From the NCBI GenBank assembly GCA_044450965.1, contig JBIOJO010000002.1:21246-85245 (forward strand): 64,000 bases of DNA, given 5' to 3'. The translations under genes were made by a program, and so were the position numbers. This document shows, piece by piece, positions 19,901 through 29,247 of this stretch. This stretch comes from Elusimicrobiota bacterium. GTDB lineage: Bacteria > Elusimicrobiota > Elusimicrobia > UBA1565 > UBA9628. Positions within the stretch are counted from its first letter, which is position 1. Every line of letters begins with the position of its first letter. A model generated the notes under the pieces. That model worked only from the letters and a program-made list of their open reading frames with translations. It did no database searches and was not told the origin of the DNA.

Positions 19901-21289
19901 TTAAGACCTATCCAGCAGAGCGACGAGCTCGACGTGGGACGTTTGCGGGAAAAGGTCGACCGGCTGGACGCGCTTGAGGGAGAAGCCGGAGTGCGCGAGG
20001 AATTGGGCGTCGCGGGCGAAGGTCGCCGGATCGCAGGAGACGTACACGACGCGCCGTATGCGCTTGTCCGTGAGGAATCGGCGCACGGGCTGGGACAGGC
20101 CGATGCGGGGCGGGTCCACCGTGACGGCCACCTCGCTCGTGAGTTCGTTGGCCAGCTTCGGCAGGACGGATTCGGCCCGGCCGGCGCGGAAGCGCGCGTT
20201 CTTGACGCGGTTGCGCTCCGCGTTGCGGTAGGCGTCCTGGACCGCTTCCCGGTTTTCCTCGACCCCGATGATCTTCGGGAAGGTGTCCGCCATCCACAGC
20301 GTGAGCGTGCCGACGCCGCAGTAGAGGTCCAGGCCCATGGGGAACTTGCGGCCGCCCTCGCGCATGGCCAGCTTGGCCTCGTTGTAGAGGATCTCGGCCG
20401 AGGGGGTGTTCACCTGCATGAAGGCTCCGGGGGACATGGAGAAGCGGAACTTGCCCATCGTCTCCTCGATTTCGCGGGCGCCCCACATGCGGCGCCACTG
20501 CTCGCCGATGACCACCGACGTGCGCTCCTGCTGGACGTTGACGTGCAGGCCGATGACCTCGGGGTGCTGGGCGCGGAGCTCGGCGGCGAAGGCCTCGCGA
20601 TCGGAGAACTCGGAGCGCGTGACGACCAGGGCCACGATCGCCTGGTTCTCCACGTTCGTGCGGATGTAGAGATGGCGCAGCCAGCCCTTCCCGGTCTTGC
20701 CGTCGTAAAAGGACCAGCGGCGCGCGATGGCCATCTTCTTGACCGTGTGCGCGATGCGCACGGACAGCTCCGGCTGGATGGGGCACTCGCGCATGTCCAC
20801 GATGGTGCGCGAGCCCGCGGAGTAGAAGCCCATCATGGGGCCGTGCGGGCCGTCGCTGAAGGGAATCTGGACTTTGTTGCGGTAGCCCCACGGCTTGGGC
20901 GCCGCCTTGACCGCGGCGACCAGCTTGTCGGCGTCGGCGAACTTGCCGATGCGCTGGATGCAGTCCACCACGATGGAGCGCTTGTGTTTCAGCTGGGACT
21001 CGTACGCCAGATGCTGCCAGTCGCAGCCGCCGCAGGCCGGACCCGGACGCGAGGGCGCGGAGTGGTGCGGGCAGGGCGGATCGATGCGTTCCGGCCCGGA
21101 GGAGATCACGCGCTTGATGCGCGCGCGCGCGAAGTTCGACTTCTCCTCGAAAATCTCGACTTCCAGCTGGTCGCCGGGAGCCGCGTGGGGGATGAACAGC
21201 ACCCGGGCCGACCCTTCGGCCCGCGCGACGCCGTCGCCTTCCGGCGCCATCGAGTTGACCTTCACCGTCAGGATTTCGCCCACGCTCAT
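19901..21289 (-). CDS. rlmD: 23S rRNA (uracil-5)-methyltransferase RlmD/RumA (TRAM + 4Fe-4S + SAM MTase)
   Basis: [26 protein letters not shown] is a TRAM domain, Cys cluster CPHH...CGGCDWQH, C-terminal MTase motifs. ATG 21289 was chosen over 21340 because the latter would overlap the divergent lipoprotein gene. Confidence 0.85.
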   Translation of the reverse strand: MSVGEILTVKVNSMAPEGDGVARAEGSARVLFIPHAAPGDQLEVEIFEEKSNFARARIKRVISSGPERIDPPCPHHSAPSRPGPACGGCDWQHLAYESQLKHKRSIVVDCIQRIGKFADADKLVAAVKAAPKPWGYRNKVQIPFSDGPHGPMMGFYSAGSRTIVDMRECPIQPELSVRIAHTVKKMAIARRWSFYDGKTGKGWLRHLYIRTNVENQAIVALVVTRSEFSDREAFAAELRAQHPEVIGLHVNVQQERTSVVIGEQWRRMWGAREIEETMGKFRFSMSPGAFMQVNTPSAEILYNEAKLAMREGGRKFPMGLDLYCGVGTLTLWMADTFPKIIGVEENREAVQDAYRNAERNRVKNARFRAGRAESVLPKLANELTSEVAVTVDPPRIGLSQPVRRFLTDKRIRRVVYVSCDPATFARDAQFLAHSGFSLKRVQPVDLFPQTSHVELVALLDRS

Positions 21290-21323
21290 GACCCCGATGG
21301 TACCAATTTTATAGAATCGACGC

Positions 21324-22154
21324 ATGAAGACCGGTTTCAAACTGCTGGCGCTGGCGGCCGCCGCCGTCCTGGGGGGCTGTGTCCCTTATCCAGGCGAACT
21401 GCCGGACGACGGCCGCGGGAACTCGAACTACGGCATCATCGAGGGCGCCTACCCGGGCCTGGACGCGGGGTCCTCCGAGCAGCAGGGGCTGCATTTCAAG
21501 GTGAAGGCCTACGGAGCCGAGGTTTCGCAGTCGGTCTCGAACATGTGCGAATCCGCCTACACTCGCGTCATGAACGACACCGGGCTGTATTCCTTCCAGC
21601 CCCGGGGCATGTACTCCATCGTGGTGTACGGCTCCCAGGACGAGTACCGCAAGAAGACCGGCCAGCCGGACTGGTCGGCCGGCGTGACCGTCGGCAACGC
21701 CATCTACACGTTCTATTCGGACCGGCTCAACGGCGTGCTGTCGCACGAGATGACCCACCTGATCTGGTTCGAGTTCATGAACGGGCGCCTCTCCGACCAG
21801 CAGCGCTGGGTCAACGAAGGCCTGGCCGTCTACGAAGAAGCGAAGGCGGGCAACCAAGGCCGCGAGCTGTTCGTCACCTTCCTTCCGACGCTGCGCTCGG
21901 CGCCGCTCCCCATGGACCAGCTTCAGAACCTGGCGCCGAACAACGAGCGGGCCTACGACGCCAGCCTGTGGTACGCGCAGGCCGAGAGCATGATCCGCTA
22001 CATGATCGAGAAGGGCGGACGCATCGGCTTCGGCCAGTTCCTCATCGCGATCCGCGACGGGCAGAATTTCGACGCGGCGGTCTTCGCGGGCTTCCCGGGG
22101 CAGTGGCGCACGCTGGGCGATTTCGAGAACGACTGGAAGCGGAGCCTCCTATGA
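21324..22154 (+). CDS. Lipoprotein with gluzincin-like HExxH...E motif (putative metallopeptidase)
   Basis: Lipobox [16 protein letters not shown]...(19 aa)...[13 protein letters not shown] overlap with copA. Confidence 0.6.
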   Translation: MKTGFKLLALAAAAVLGGCVPYPGELPDDGRGNSNYGIIEGAYPGLDAGSSEQQGLHFKVKAYGAEVSQSVSNMCESAYTRVMNDTGLYSFQPRGMYSIVVYGSQDEYRKKTGQPDWSAGVTVGNAIYTFYSDRLNGVLSHEMTHLIWFEFMNGRLSDQQRWVNEGLAVYEEAKAGNQGRELFVTFLPTLRSAPLPMDQLQNLAPNNERAYDASLWYAQAESMIRYMIEKGGRIGFGQFLIAIRDGQNFDAAVFAGFPGQWRTLGDFENDWKRSLL

Positions 22155-24367
22155 GCCCGCGCGCCGAGGCCCGCCCCTCCCGGCGGATCGTGCTCCCCGT
22201 GCGCGGCATGCACTGCGCGTCCTGCGTGGCGAAGGTCGAGGGCGCGCTGACGTCCCTGCGCGGCGTCGATTCGGTCAGCGTCGATCTCCCGTCGCGGACG
22301 GTCGCGATCTCCTTTACCCCCGCGCCAGGAAAGCTCGAGGTCAAGCATCTGCGGCGCGCCATCGAAAAGGCCGGCTACGACGTGCTGGGCGAAAGCGAAA
22401 GCCGCACCCAGGCCGAGTCCATCAGCCTGCTGTCCCAGCAGGACGAGCAGAGCGCGCTGCTGACGCGCCTGCAGGCGGCCACGATCCTGTCCGTGCCGCT
22501 GATGCTGGCGCATTGGCTGAACCTGTCGGCCTACACGTCCCTGCTGATCGCGATCCCGATCCAGGTTTGGGGAGGCTGGCATTTCCATCAGGGCCTTTCG
22601 CGCGCCCTGCTGCGCCGGCGCGCGGACATGGACGCGCTGGTTTCCGTTTCGACCTGGTCGGCTTTCCTTTACAGCGCCTACGTCGTGCTGTTTCCGGAGA
22701 CCCTGCCGCCGGCGGCGCGGCTGACGCAGTGGGACGCGGTCAGCGGGTTGATCGTCTTCGTGACGCTGGGGCGCTGGCTGGAAGCGAAGACCCGCGGCAA
22801 GACGAACGAGGCGGTCGTCAAGCTGATGCGCATGACGCCCAAGACCGCCCGCGTTTTCCGCGACGGGGAAGAGCGGACCGTGCCGCTGCGCGAGGTCGTC
22901 ATCGGCGACGTCGTCCGCGTGCGTCCCGGGGAGCAGATCGGGACGGACGGCGAGGTCGTGTCCGGCCGCTCGACGGTGGACGAGGCCCTGCTGACGGGAG
23001 AAAGTCTCCCGGTCGAAAAGGCCCCCGGCTCGCGCGTGTGGGGCGGGACGCTGAACAAGAACGGCGCGCTGGAGATCAAGGTCGCGCGGTCCGGCGACGA
23101 ATCCGCCCTGGCGCGCTTGGTCGAGTCCGTGCGCGAGAGCCAGGCCACGAAGCCCAAGATCCAGCGCTACGTGGACAAGATCGCGCGCTGGTTCGTGCCC
23201 GGAGTCATCGGCCTGGCGGTGCTGACGGCGGCGGTGTGGCTGCGCTGGGGGCCGGAGCCGCGCTTCCTGCTGGCGATGACCTGCTTCGTCTCCGTCCTGG
23301 CGTCCGCCTGCCCGTGCGCGCTGGGCCTGGCGACGCCGCTGGCCGTGGTGGCCGGCATGGGGCGCGCGGCCGAGATGGGCGTCTTCATCCGCAACGCCGA
23401 GATCCTGGAGGACGTGGGCAAGCTGGACGTCGTGCTCTTCGATAAGACCGGAACGCTGACGCTGGGGCGCCCGCGGATCGCGGGCGTCGTCGCGGTGACG
23501 GGGACCGAGGACGAGATGCTGGCCTGGGCTCTGGCCTGCGAGGAGCGCTCGGAGCATCCGTTCGCGGCGCCCGTCCTGGCGCTGGCGCGGGAGCGCCGCG
23601 TGAAGGCCCCTCAGGTGGATTCCTTCGAGGCGCTCCCGGGGCGCGGCGTGATCGTCCGTTCCGGCTCGCGGCTGGTGCGCGCCGGCAGCCTGCCCTGGCT
23701 GAAGGAGGAGGGAGTTCTGATCCCGCAGGACGACGCGACGCGCTTCTCCGAGGCGGGCTCCCTGCTGGGCGTGTCCGTGGACGGGATTTTCCTGGGCGCG
23801 TACCGGATGGAGGACACTTTGCGTCCGTCGGCGGCGGCGGCGGTCGCGGCGCTGAAGGCGCGCGGGCTGGAGGTCTGCCTGGTGTCCGGCGACCGAAACG
23901 CCGCGGCCTACCGCGTCGCCGAGCAGGTCGGCATCGGCAAGGTCTTCGCCGAGGTCCGCCCCGACGAGAAAGCGCTGATCGTGCGCCGCTTCCAGGAAGA
24001 AGGCAAGAAGGTGGCCATGGTCGGCGAGGGCTTCAACGACGCGCCGGCGCTGTCCCACGCGGACATCGGCATCGCGCTGGCCAACGGGGCGGACGTGGCC
24101 ATCGAGTCCGCGGATATGACCTTGATGAACCCGGACCTGACCTACCTGTCGAAGGCGATGGAGCTCAGCCAGCGCATCCGCACGGTCATCCGGCAGAACC
24201 TGGCCTGGGCTTTCATCTACAATCTCGCGCTGATCCCCGTCGCCGCCGGCGCGCTGTACCCGAAGTGGGGCATCCTGCTCCGCCCGGAGTACGCCGGCGC
24301 CGCCATGGCGCTCAGCTCCATTTCCGTCGCCTTGAACTCGCTGCGCCTCAGGAGAAAAGATGTCTAA
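22151..24367 (+). CDS. copA: Copper-translocating P1B-type ATPase
   Basis: N-terminal HMA GMHCASC, TM CPC motif [25 protein letters not shown]-like hinge. Confidence 0.9.
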   Translation: MSPRAEARPSRRIVLPVRGMHCASCVAKVEGALTSLRGVDSVSVDLPSRTVAISFTPAPGKLEVKHLRRAIEKAGYDVLGESESRTQAESISLLSQQDEQSALLTRLQAATILSVPLMLAHWLNLSAYTSLLIAIPIQVWGGWHFHQGLSRALLRRRADMDALVSVSTWSAFLYSAYVVLFPETLPPAARLTQWDAVSGLIVFVTLGRWLEAKTRGKTNEAVVKLMRMTPKTARVFRDGEERTVPLREVVIGDVVRVRPGEQIGTDGEVVSGRSTVDEALLTGESLPVEKAPGSRVWGGTLNKNGALEIKVARSGDESALARLVESVRESQATKPKIQRYVDKIARWFVPGVIGLAVLTAAVWLRWGPEPRFLLAMTCFVSVLASACPCALGLATPLAVVAGMGRAAEMGVFIRNAEILEDVGKLDVVLFDKTGTLTLGRPRIAGVVAVTGTEDEMLAWALACEERSEHPFAAPVLALARERRVKAPQVDSFEALPGRGVIVRSGSRLVRAGSLPWLKEEGVLIPQDDATRFSEAGSLLGVSVDGIFLGAYRMEDTLRPSAAAAVAALKARGLEVCLVSGDRNAAAYRVAEQVGIGKVFAEVRPDEKALIVRRFQEEGKKVAMVGEGFNDAPALSHADIGIALANGADVAIESADMTLMNPDLTYLSKAMELSQRIRTVIRQNLAWAFIYNLALIPVAAGALYPKWGILLRPEYAGAAMALSSISVALNSLRLRRKDV

Positions 24368-24785
24368 GAACAAGAAGGAACCGCTGATCTACGGCTACAA
24401 CCCGGAGCTGTCCCTGTCCGGCGCCGACGCGCCCCTGCCGCCGATCGAGACCTGGCCCAACCAGTACAAGGGCTACGAGATCAAGATCGAGGTGCCCGAG
24501 TTCACGTCGGTGTGTCCCAAGACCAAGCTTCCCGACTTCGGGGCGATCACGGTGCGCTATCTGCCGAACAAGGAGTGCCTGGAGCTGAAGAGCTTCAAGT
24601 ACTACATGCTGGGCTACCGCAACATGGGCATCTTCTACGAGAACGCGGTGAACCGCATCTGCGACGACATCGCCAAGGCGACGAAGCCCGCGTGGCTTGA
24701 GGTCGTGGGCAAGTTCACGCCGCGCGGCGGCATGCAGTCGACGATCACCGCCCGCTGGCCGCGCAAGGCCTTCCCGCCGCGTTGA
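24360..24785 (+). CDS. queF: NADPH-dependent 7-cyano-7-deazaguanine reductase (type I QueF)
   Basis: [15 protein letters not shown] motif. 141 aa. AGGAGA RBS. 8-bp overlap with the copA 3' end. Confidence 0.85.
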   Translation: MSKNKKEPLIYGYNPELSLSGADAPLPPIETWPNQYKGYEIKIEVPEFTSVCPKTKLPDFGAITVRYLPNKECLELKSFKYYMLGYRNMGIFYENAVNRICDDIAKATKPAWLEVVGKFTPRGGMQSTITARWPRKAFPPR

Positions 24786-26500
24786 GGAAATACGTCCCGC
24801 CGGCGCTGATCGCGCTGGGGGCCGTTCTTCTTCTTTTGAACCTGGGCCGTCCCGCGCTTTGGCAGGACGAGGCGGAGACGGCCCTGCGCGCCGAGTCGAT
24901 ACTGGAAACCGGGCTTCCCCGGATGACGCTTCGCGGCGTCGTCGTCACGGCCCAGCCCTCGCTGGTCAAGTCGGAGGGCACCGCCTCCGGGATCTGGACG
25001 TGGAACACGTGGCTGCCGGCGTATTTGGCCGCGGCGTCGTTCGCCGTCCTGGGCCGGACGCCTTTCGCGGCGCGCCTGCCGTTCGCGCTGGCCGGAATCC
25101 TGACCTTGTGGCTGTGGTGGGGACTTTGCGCGGACGGGGAAAATGACGAGTTGGCCGACCGGCGCGCGTGGGCGCCGGAGGCGGCCTTGGCCCTGCTGGC
25201 GCTTTCTCCCGCGTATCTTCTGTTCTGCCGTCAGTCGCGATATTACGCGTTGGTCGCGCTGGGAACGGCGCTGGTCCTCCGGTCGTGGCGCCGGCTCCTG
25301 GAGAAGAAGCCTTGGGGGGCGCTGGCTCTCGCGCTTTCCCTCAACTTCCTCCTTCACGCGTCGTTCGCCTTCTTCGCGGCGGCGGCGCTGGCCCTGGCGC
25401 TCGACGCCGTTCTGCGCCTGGACGAATGCCCGCGCGCGGGCCGCTTCTGGGACGCCGCGCTGATGACGCTCGCCCTCGCCGTTCCCGCGGCGTGGTACTT
25501 CCGGGTCTGGGATCGTCCCGGCAACCATTCCTACGGCTGGGTGGAATCGTTGGAGTTCCTGAAAACGTTCATACTTTGGATCGGAGCCTTCGCCGTCCCG
25601 TCGGCGCTCGTACCCGCCGCTTTCGCGCGGCGCTGGGTTCTTCTCGCCGTCGGGTTCGTCCTGCTTTGCGGCCTCGTCGGCGAAGGACCCTGGTCGTTGA
25701 TCTGCGCCGTTCTGACCTGGCTGGCCGTGCTGGCCGCCGCCGGCGCCGAGCCCGCGCCCTACGGCGTGATGAACTTGCGGCGGATGTGCCTCCTTTTTGT
25801 GGCCGCGACCTTGGGCCTGCTCGCGTTCGGCGCCGCGGAGCCCTACGGACGCTATCTGGCCGGGGTTCTGCCGGCGCTGGCCTACCTGGCCGCGCGTTCG
25901 TTGTCGACGCTGGGCCGCGGCCGGCCGGCCGCGGTCGCGGCGCTGACCGCCCTGGCCGTCTCCAGCAATCTCTTTTTTCTGGCGCCGCTGAAAGCCGCGC
26001 AGGCCTTCGCGGCGCCGGACCAGCCGGCCCTTTCGGTGTCCGGCATGATGCGCGGGCGCCTGCGCGACATTCCCCTGCGCTCGGACCTGGCGCGCTTCGC
26101 GACGGCGTCGTTTTACGGCGGCGAAGGCTACGTCGAGGCCGCCGCCGCCGCCATGCGCGCGGGCGGGGGGCGGTCGTTCTTCTCCGACGCCGACGAACTT
26201 CCGCTCATGTTCGCGACCCCGCTGCGTCCCATGTATCCGGAGGAATTCAAGACCGGCGAGCCGGATTGGATACTGCCGTCGCCCTGGCTGAGCCTGACTC
26301 CGGATTTGGCGGCGCGCGTGCGCGAGCTGGCGGCTTCCGGACGCTACGAGGCGGTGTTGGTCGAGGCTCCGCGGCTGCTGTGGCAGAACAATCCCGATCC
26401 CTTGTTCCGCGACTTTTCCCCGCGGCGCGGCCCGCTGCCGCTGTTCCATCGCCGGTCCACCGGCGGCGGCGGCGGCGCGAGTGGTATCATAAAGCCGTGA
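24782..26500 (+). CDS. Polytopic membrane glycosyltransferase, GT39/GT83 (PMT/ArnT)-like. The TTG start is tentative.
   Basis: N-terminal TM followed by the loop motif LWQDEAETA (DE motif of PMT/ArnT-type GTs). More than 10 TM helices. TTG start overlapping the queF stop. Confidence 0.5.
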   Translation: MRKYVPPALIALGAVLLLLNLGRPALWQDEAETALRAESILETGLPRMTLRGVVVTAQPSLVKSEGTASGIWTWNTWLPAYLAAASFAVLGRTPFAARLPFALAGILTLWLWWGLCADGENDELADRRAWAPEAALALLALSPAYLLFCRQSRYYALVALGTALVLRSWRRLLEKKPWGALALALSLNFLLHASFAFFAAAALALALDAVLRLDECPRAGRFWDAALMTLALAVPAAWYFRVWDRPGNHSYGWVESLEFLKTFILWIGAFAVPSALVPAAFARRWVLLAVGFVLLCGLVGEGPWSLICAVLTWLAVLAAAGAEPAPYGVMNLRRMCLLFVAATLGLLAFGAAEPYGRYLAGVLPALAYLAARSLSTLGRGRPAAVAALTALAVSSNLFFLAPLKAAQAFAAPDQPALSVSGMMRGRLRDIPLRSDLARFATASFYGGEGYVEAAAAAMRAGGGRSFFSDADELPLMFATPLRPMYPEEFKTGEPDWILPSPWLSLTPDLAARVRELAASGRYEAVLVEAPRLLWQNNPDPLFRDFSPRRGPLPLFHRRSTGGGGGASGIIKP

Positions 26501-27129
26501 CCTTTCTACGAGTCTCCGCCGTTCTCCTCGCCGCCGCGGCTTCCGCGCGCGCGTCGGCGCCTCAGGGCGGCGCTTCGGGCTTCGCCGCGGCCAACGGCGC
26601 CGCGGCGTACTCGGTGGTGACCGACGCGGGCGCGACGTCGGGTCGGGTCATCGTTCGCCGTCTGGGATTGGACGGCGGCGTTCTGTGGGAGGACCGTTGG
26701 GGGAGCGGCCGGAACGAATCTCCCGTCGCCGCGGCGGTGACGTCGTACGGCGGCGTCAGCGTCGTCGGCGACGACGACGTCGGCTGCTTCGCCGGCCACT
26801 GGTCAACGCGTTCCAACCGGGTGTGGTCGCAGGAGCTTCAATACGGATCCGAATGCCACGCCCGGACGGTCCTGGTCGACGAGAGCGGGAATTCCTACGT
26901 GCTGGCGACGACGGTCGCCGGGGGGACGTCCGATGCGACTCTCTGGAGGATCGATCGTCGCGGCGAGACGTCCTGGGTGTTCCGCCCCAGCCGCCCCGCC
27001 TCGCGCTACGCGTTCGCGCTGACGCTCTCGGCGTCCGGGGACGTGCTCACCGTGACGACCGCGGCCAGCGGCCCCTCGGGATGGGTGTACGAGAATTTCG
27101 ACGTGGACTCCGCGGGCCGGGCGCGCTGA
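26497..27129 (+). CDS. Exported hypothetical protein (GTG start)
   Basis: Signal VSAVLLAAAASARASA. GTGA overlap with the upstream gene. Coding-like GC3. Confidence 0.4.
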   Translation: MTFLRVSAVLLAAAASARASAPQGGASGFAAANGAAAYSVVTDAGATSGRVIVRRLGLDGGVLWEDRWGSGRNESPVAAAVTSYGGVSVVGDDDVGCFAGHWSTRSNRVWSQELQYGSECHARTVLVDESGNSYVLATTVAGGTSDATLWRIDRRGETSWVFRPSRPASRYAFALTLSASGDVLTVTTAASGPSGWVYENFDVDSAGRAR

Positions 27130-27200
27130 GACCTTTCGCCGCGGATTTGATTCGCCGCCTCAGGACATGATAAGATTACGGCCGTCGCTCTTCCGTACTT

Positions 27201-27275
27201 GCCCAGTTGGCGCAGTGGTAGCGCGTTCCCTTGACATGGGAAAGGTCACAGGTTCAAATCCTGTACTGGGCACCA
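27201..27275 (+). tRNA. tRNA-Val (anticodon GAC), CCA encoded
   Basis: Manual cloverleaf: acceptor GCCCAGT/ACTGGGC, D-arm GCGC-AGTGGTA-GCGC, anticodon stem TTCCC/GGGAA with loop TTGACAT, T-arm ACAGG-TTCAAAT-CCTGT. Confidence 0.85.
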
Positions 27276-27289
27276 TTTTCCTTCCTGAT

Positions 27290-27317
27290 CGGGCGCGCTC
27301 GGCGCGCTCTTTTTTTG
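27290..27317 (+). terminator. Rho-independent terminator after tRNA-Val
   Basis: GC hairpin gggcgcgc-tcg-gcgcgctc followed by TTTTTTT. Confidence 0.55.
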
Positions 27318-27460
27318 CCCGAATTGCCCATCGAATCGCGGCATAATTCCAAAAATGAGCGGCTCCGCGGGCGGCCGCCGCGCGGGGTCCGGAGCGGTGG
27401 GCAGAGGCCCAGGCAATATGTCTATAATATCGCCCCGTTACCATTAAGGAGTTGCTGACC

Positions 27461-29245
27461 ATGGCCGACATCGTTCGTTCCGAAGATCCGAACTCTCCCG
27501 AGGCGCTGGACGCCCTGCGGCATTCCTGCGCGCACGTGATGGCCCAGGCCGTGCAGGAGCTCTTTCCCGGCACGAAGATCACCATCGGGCCCGCCATCGA
27601 GAACGGCTTCTATTACGATTTCGACTCCCCGCACCGCTTCAGCGAGGAGGATTTTCTCCCGATCCAGAAGCGCATGCTCCAGATCGCGGAAGGAAACCTT
27701 CCGTTCGTCGGCAAGGAAGTGACCTACGACGAGTCCAAGGCGTATTGGACCGCTAAGGGGGAGACGTACAAAGTGGAGCTGCTGGAAGGCTTCAAGGACC
27801 AGAAGCTGACCCACTACTCCCACGGGACCTTCACCGACTTGTGCCGCGGAGGCCACACGCCCAGCACCAAGGCCATCCGCCACTTCAAGATCCTGTCCGT
27901 GGCCGGCGCCTACTGGCGCGGCGACGAGAAGCGCCAGATGCTCCAGCGCCTGTACGCGACGGCCTGGCCGACGAAGGACCAGCTCAACGAGCACCTGAAG
28001 CAGCTGGAAGAGGCGAAGAAGCGCGATCACCGCAAGCTGGGTCCGGCTCTGGACCTGTTCAGCATTCAGGACCTGGCGGGCCCCGGCCTGATCTTCTGGC
28101 ATCCGAAGGGCGGCCGCATGCGGATGATCATGGAAGATTGGCTGAAGCAGGAAGCGCTCAAGCGCGGCTACCAGATGGTCTATTCGCCGCACATCGCGAA
28201 CAAGGACCTCTGGAACGTCTCCGGCCACACGGGCTTCTATCGGCAGAACATGTTCGGCGAGATCGAGGTCGAGAAAGCCGAGTACATGCTCAAGCCGATG
28301 AACTGCCCGTGCCACATCCTGATCTACAAGAGCGGCCTGCGCAGCTACAAGCAGCTCCCGATGCGCCTGGCCGAGCTGGGCACCGTCTACCGCTACGAGC
28401 GCTCCGGCGTCCTGCACGGCCTGATGCGCGTGCGCGGCTTCACCCAGGATGACGCGCACATCTTCTGCACGCCGGATCAGATCGAGTCCGAGATCGAGGG
28501 CTGCCTGGACTTCGCGCTCAAGGTCTTCGATGTGTTCGGCTTCACGAAGTACCAGATGGAGGTCTCCACCTGGGACCCCGAGAAGTCCTCCGACTACGTC
28601 GGAGAGGCTTCCGATTGGGAGCGCTCGACCGCCGCGCTGATCTCCGTGCTCGAGCGCCGAGGCACGCCGTACAAGCTGTGCAAGGGCGAGGCCGCGTTCT
28701 ACGGGCCGAAAATCGACGTCAAGCTGATCGACGCCATCGGGCGCCCGTGGCAGCTGTCCACCGTGCAGTTCGACTTCAACCTGCCCAAGCGCTTCGAGAT
28801 GGAGTACGTCGGCCCCGACGGCGCCCGGCACCGGCCGCTGATGGTGCACCGCGCGCTGTACGGGTCCATCGAACGCTTCTTCGGCATTCTCGTCGAACAC
28901 TACGCGGGCAACTTCCCTCTGTGGCTGGCTCCGGTCCAGATCAAGATCCTGACGCTGACCGACGAGCAGAACGCGTCCGCCGAGGAATTGAGGAAGAAGC
29001 TGGACGCCGCGGGATTGCGCGTCGAGGTGGACGCGCGCCCCGAGCGGATCCAGCACAAGATCCGCGAGACGACGCTCGAGAAAGTTCCGTACATGGTCGT
29101 CCTGGGCCCGAAGGACGTGGAGGCCGGCACCTTGGCCGTGCGCCTCCGCGACGGCCGTCAGTTCAACGGGCTGGCCCCCGCCGATTTCATCGCCAAGGTG
29201 ACCGACGAAGCCGCATCGAAAAAGACCGCGCCGTCCTGGGAGTGA
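27461..29245 (+). CDS. thrS: Threonyl-tRNA synthetase lacking the N-terminal TGS domain
   Basis: Starts in the N2/editing domain (HSCAHVMAQA), class II catalytic core, anticodon-binding C-terminus. AAGGAG 9 nt upstream of ATG 27461. Confidence 0.9.
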   Translation: MADIVRSEDPNSPEALDALRHSCAHVMAQAVQELFPGTKITIGPAIENGFYYDFDSPHRFSEEDFLPIQKRMLQIAEGNLPFVGKEVTYDESKAYWTAKGETYKVELLEGFKDQKLTHYSHGTFTDLCRGGHTPSTKAIRHFKILSVAGAYWRGDEKRQMLQRLYATAWPTKDQLNEHLKQLEEAKKRDHRKLGPALDLFSIQDLAGPGLIFWHPKGGRMRMIMEDWLKQEALKRGYQMVYSPHIANKDLWNVSGHTGFYRQNMFGEIEVEKAEYMLKPMNCPCHILIYKSGLRSYKQLPMRLAELGTVYRYERSGVLHGLMRVRGFTQDDAHIFCTPDQIESEIEGCLDFALKVFDVFGFTKYQMEVSTWDPEKSSDYVGEASDWERSTAALISVLERRGTPYKLCKGEAAFYGPKIDVKLIDAIGRPWQLSTVQFDFNLPKRFEMEYVGPDGARHRPLMVHRALYGSIERFFGILVEHYAGNFPLWLAPVQIKILTLTDEQNASAEELRKKLDAAGLRVEVDARPERIQHKIRETTLEKVPYMVVLGPKDVEAGTLAVRLRDGRQFNGLAPADFIAKVTDEAASKKTAPSWE

Positions 29246-29247
29246 GA

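Noticed and set aside
19934-24367. 1477-aa + strand ORF running from antisense of rlmD through copA
   Set aside because: Only the last ~738 aa (from ATG 22151) are the CopA ATPase. The upstream ~740 aa are antisense to rlmD and the lipoprotein gene, with Arg/Gly-rich junk composition.
21998-24373. 791-aa minus-strand ORF antisense to copA
   Set aside because: Antisense shadow of copA, Arg/Gly/Asp-rich, no motifs.
25168-27129. 653-aa + ORF overlapping the GT39-like gene in another frame
   Set aside because: Only its last ~210 aa (from GTG 26497) look like a genuine exported protein. The rest is a frame shadow of the membrane glycosyltransferase.
27231-27458. 75-aa ORF overlapping tRNA-Val and its terminator
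   Set aside because: It sits on a tRNA gene and intergenic leader. Spurious.
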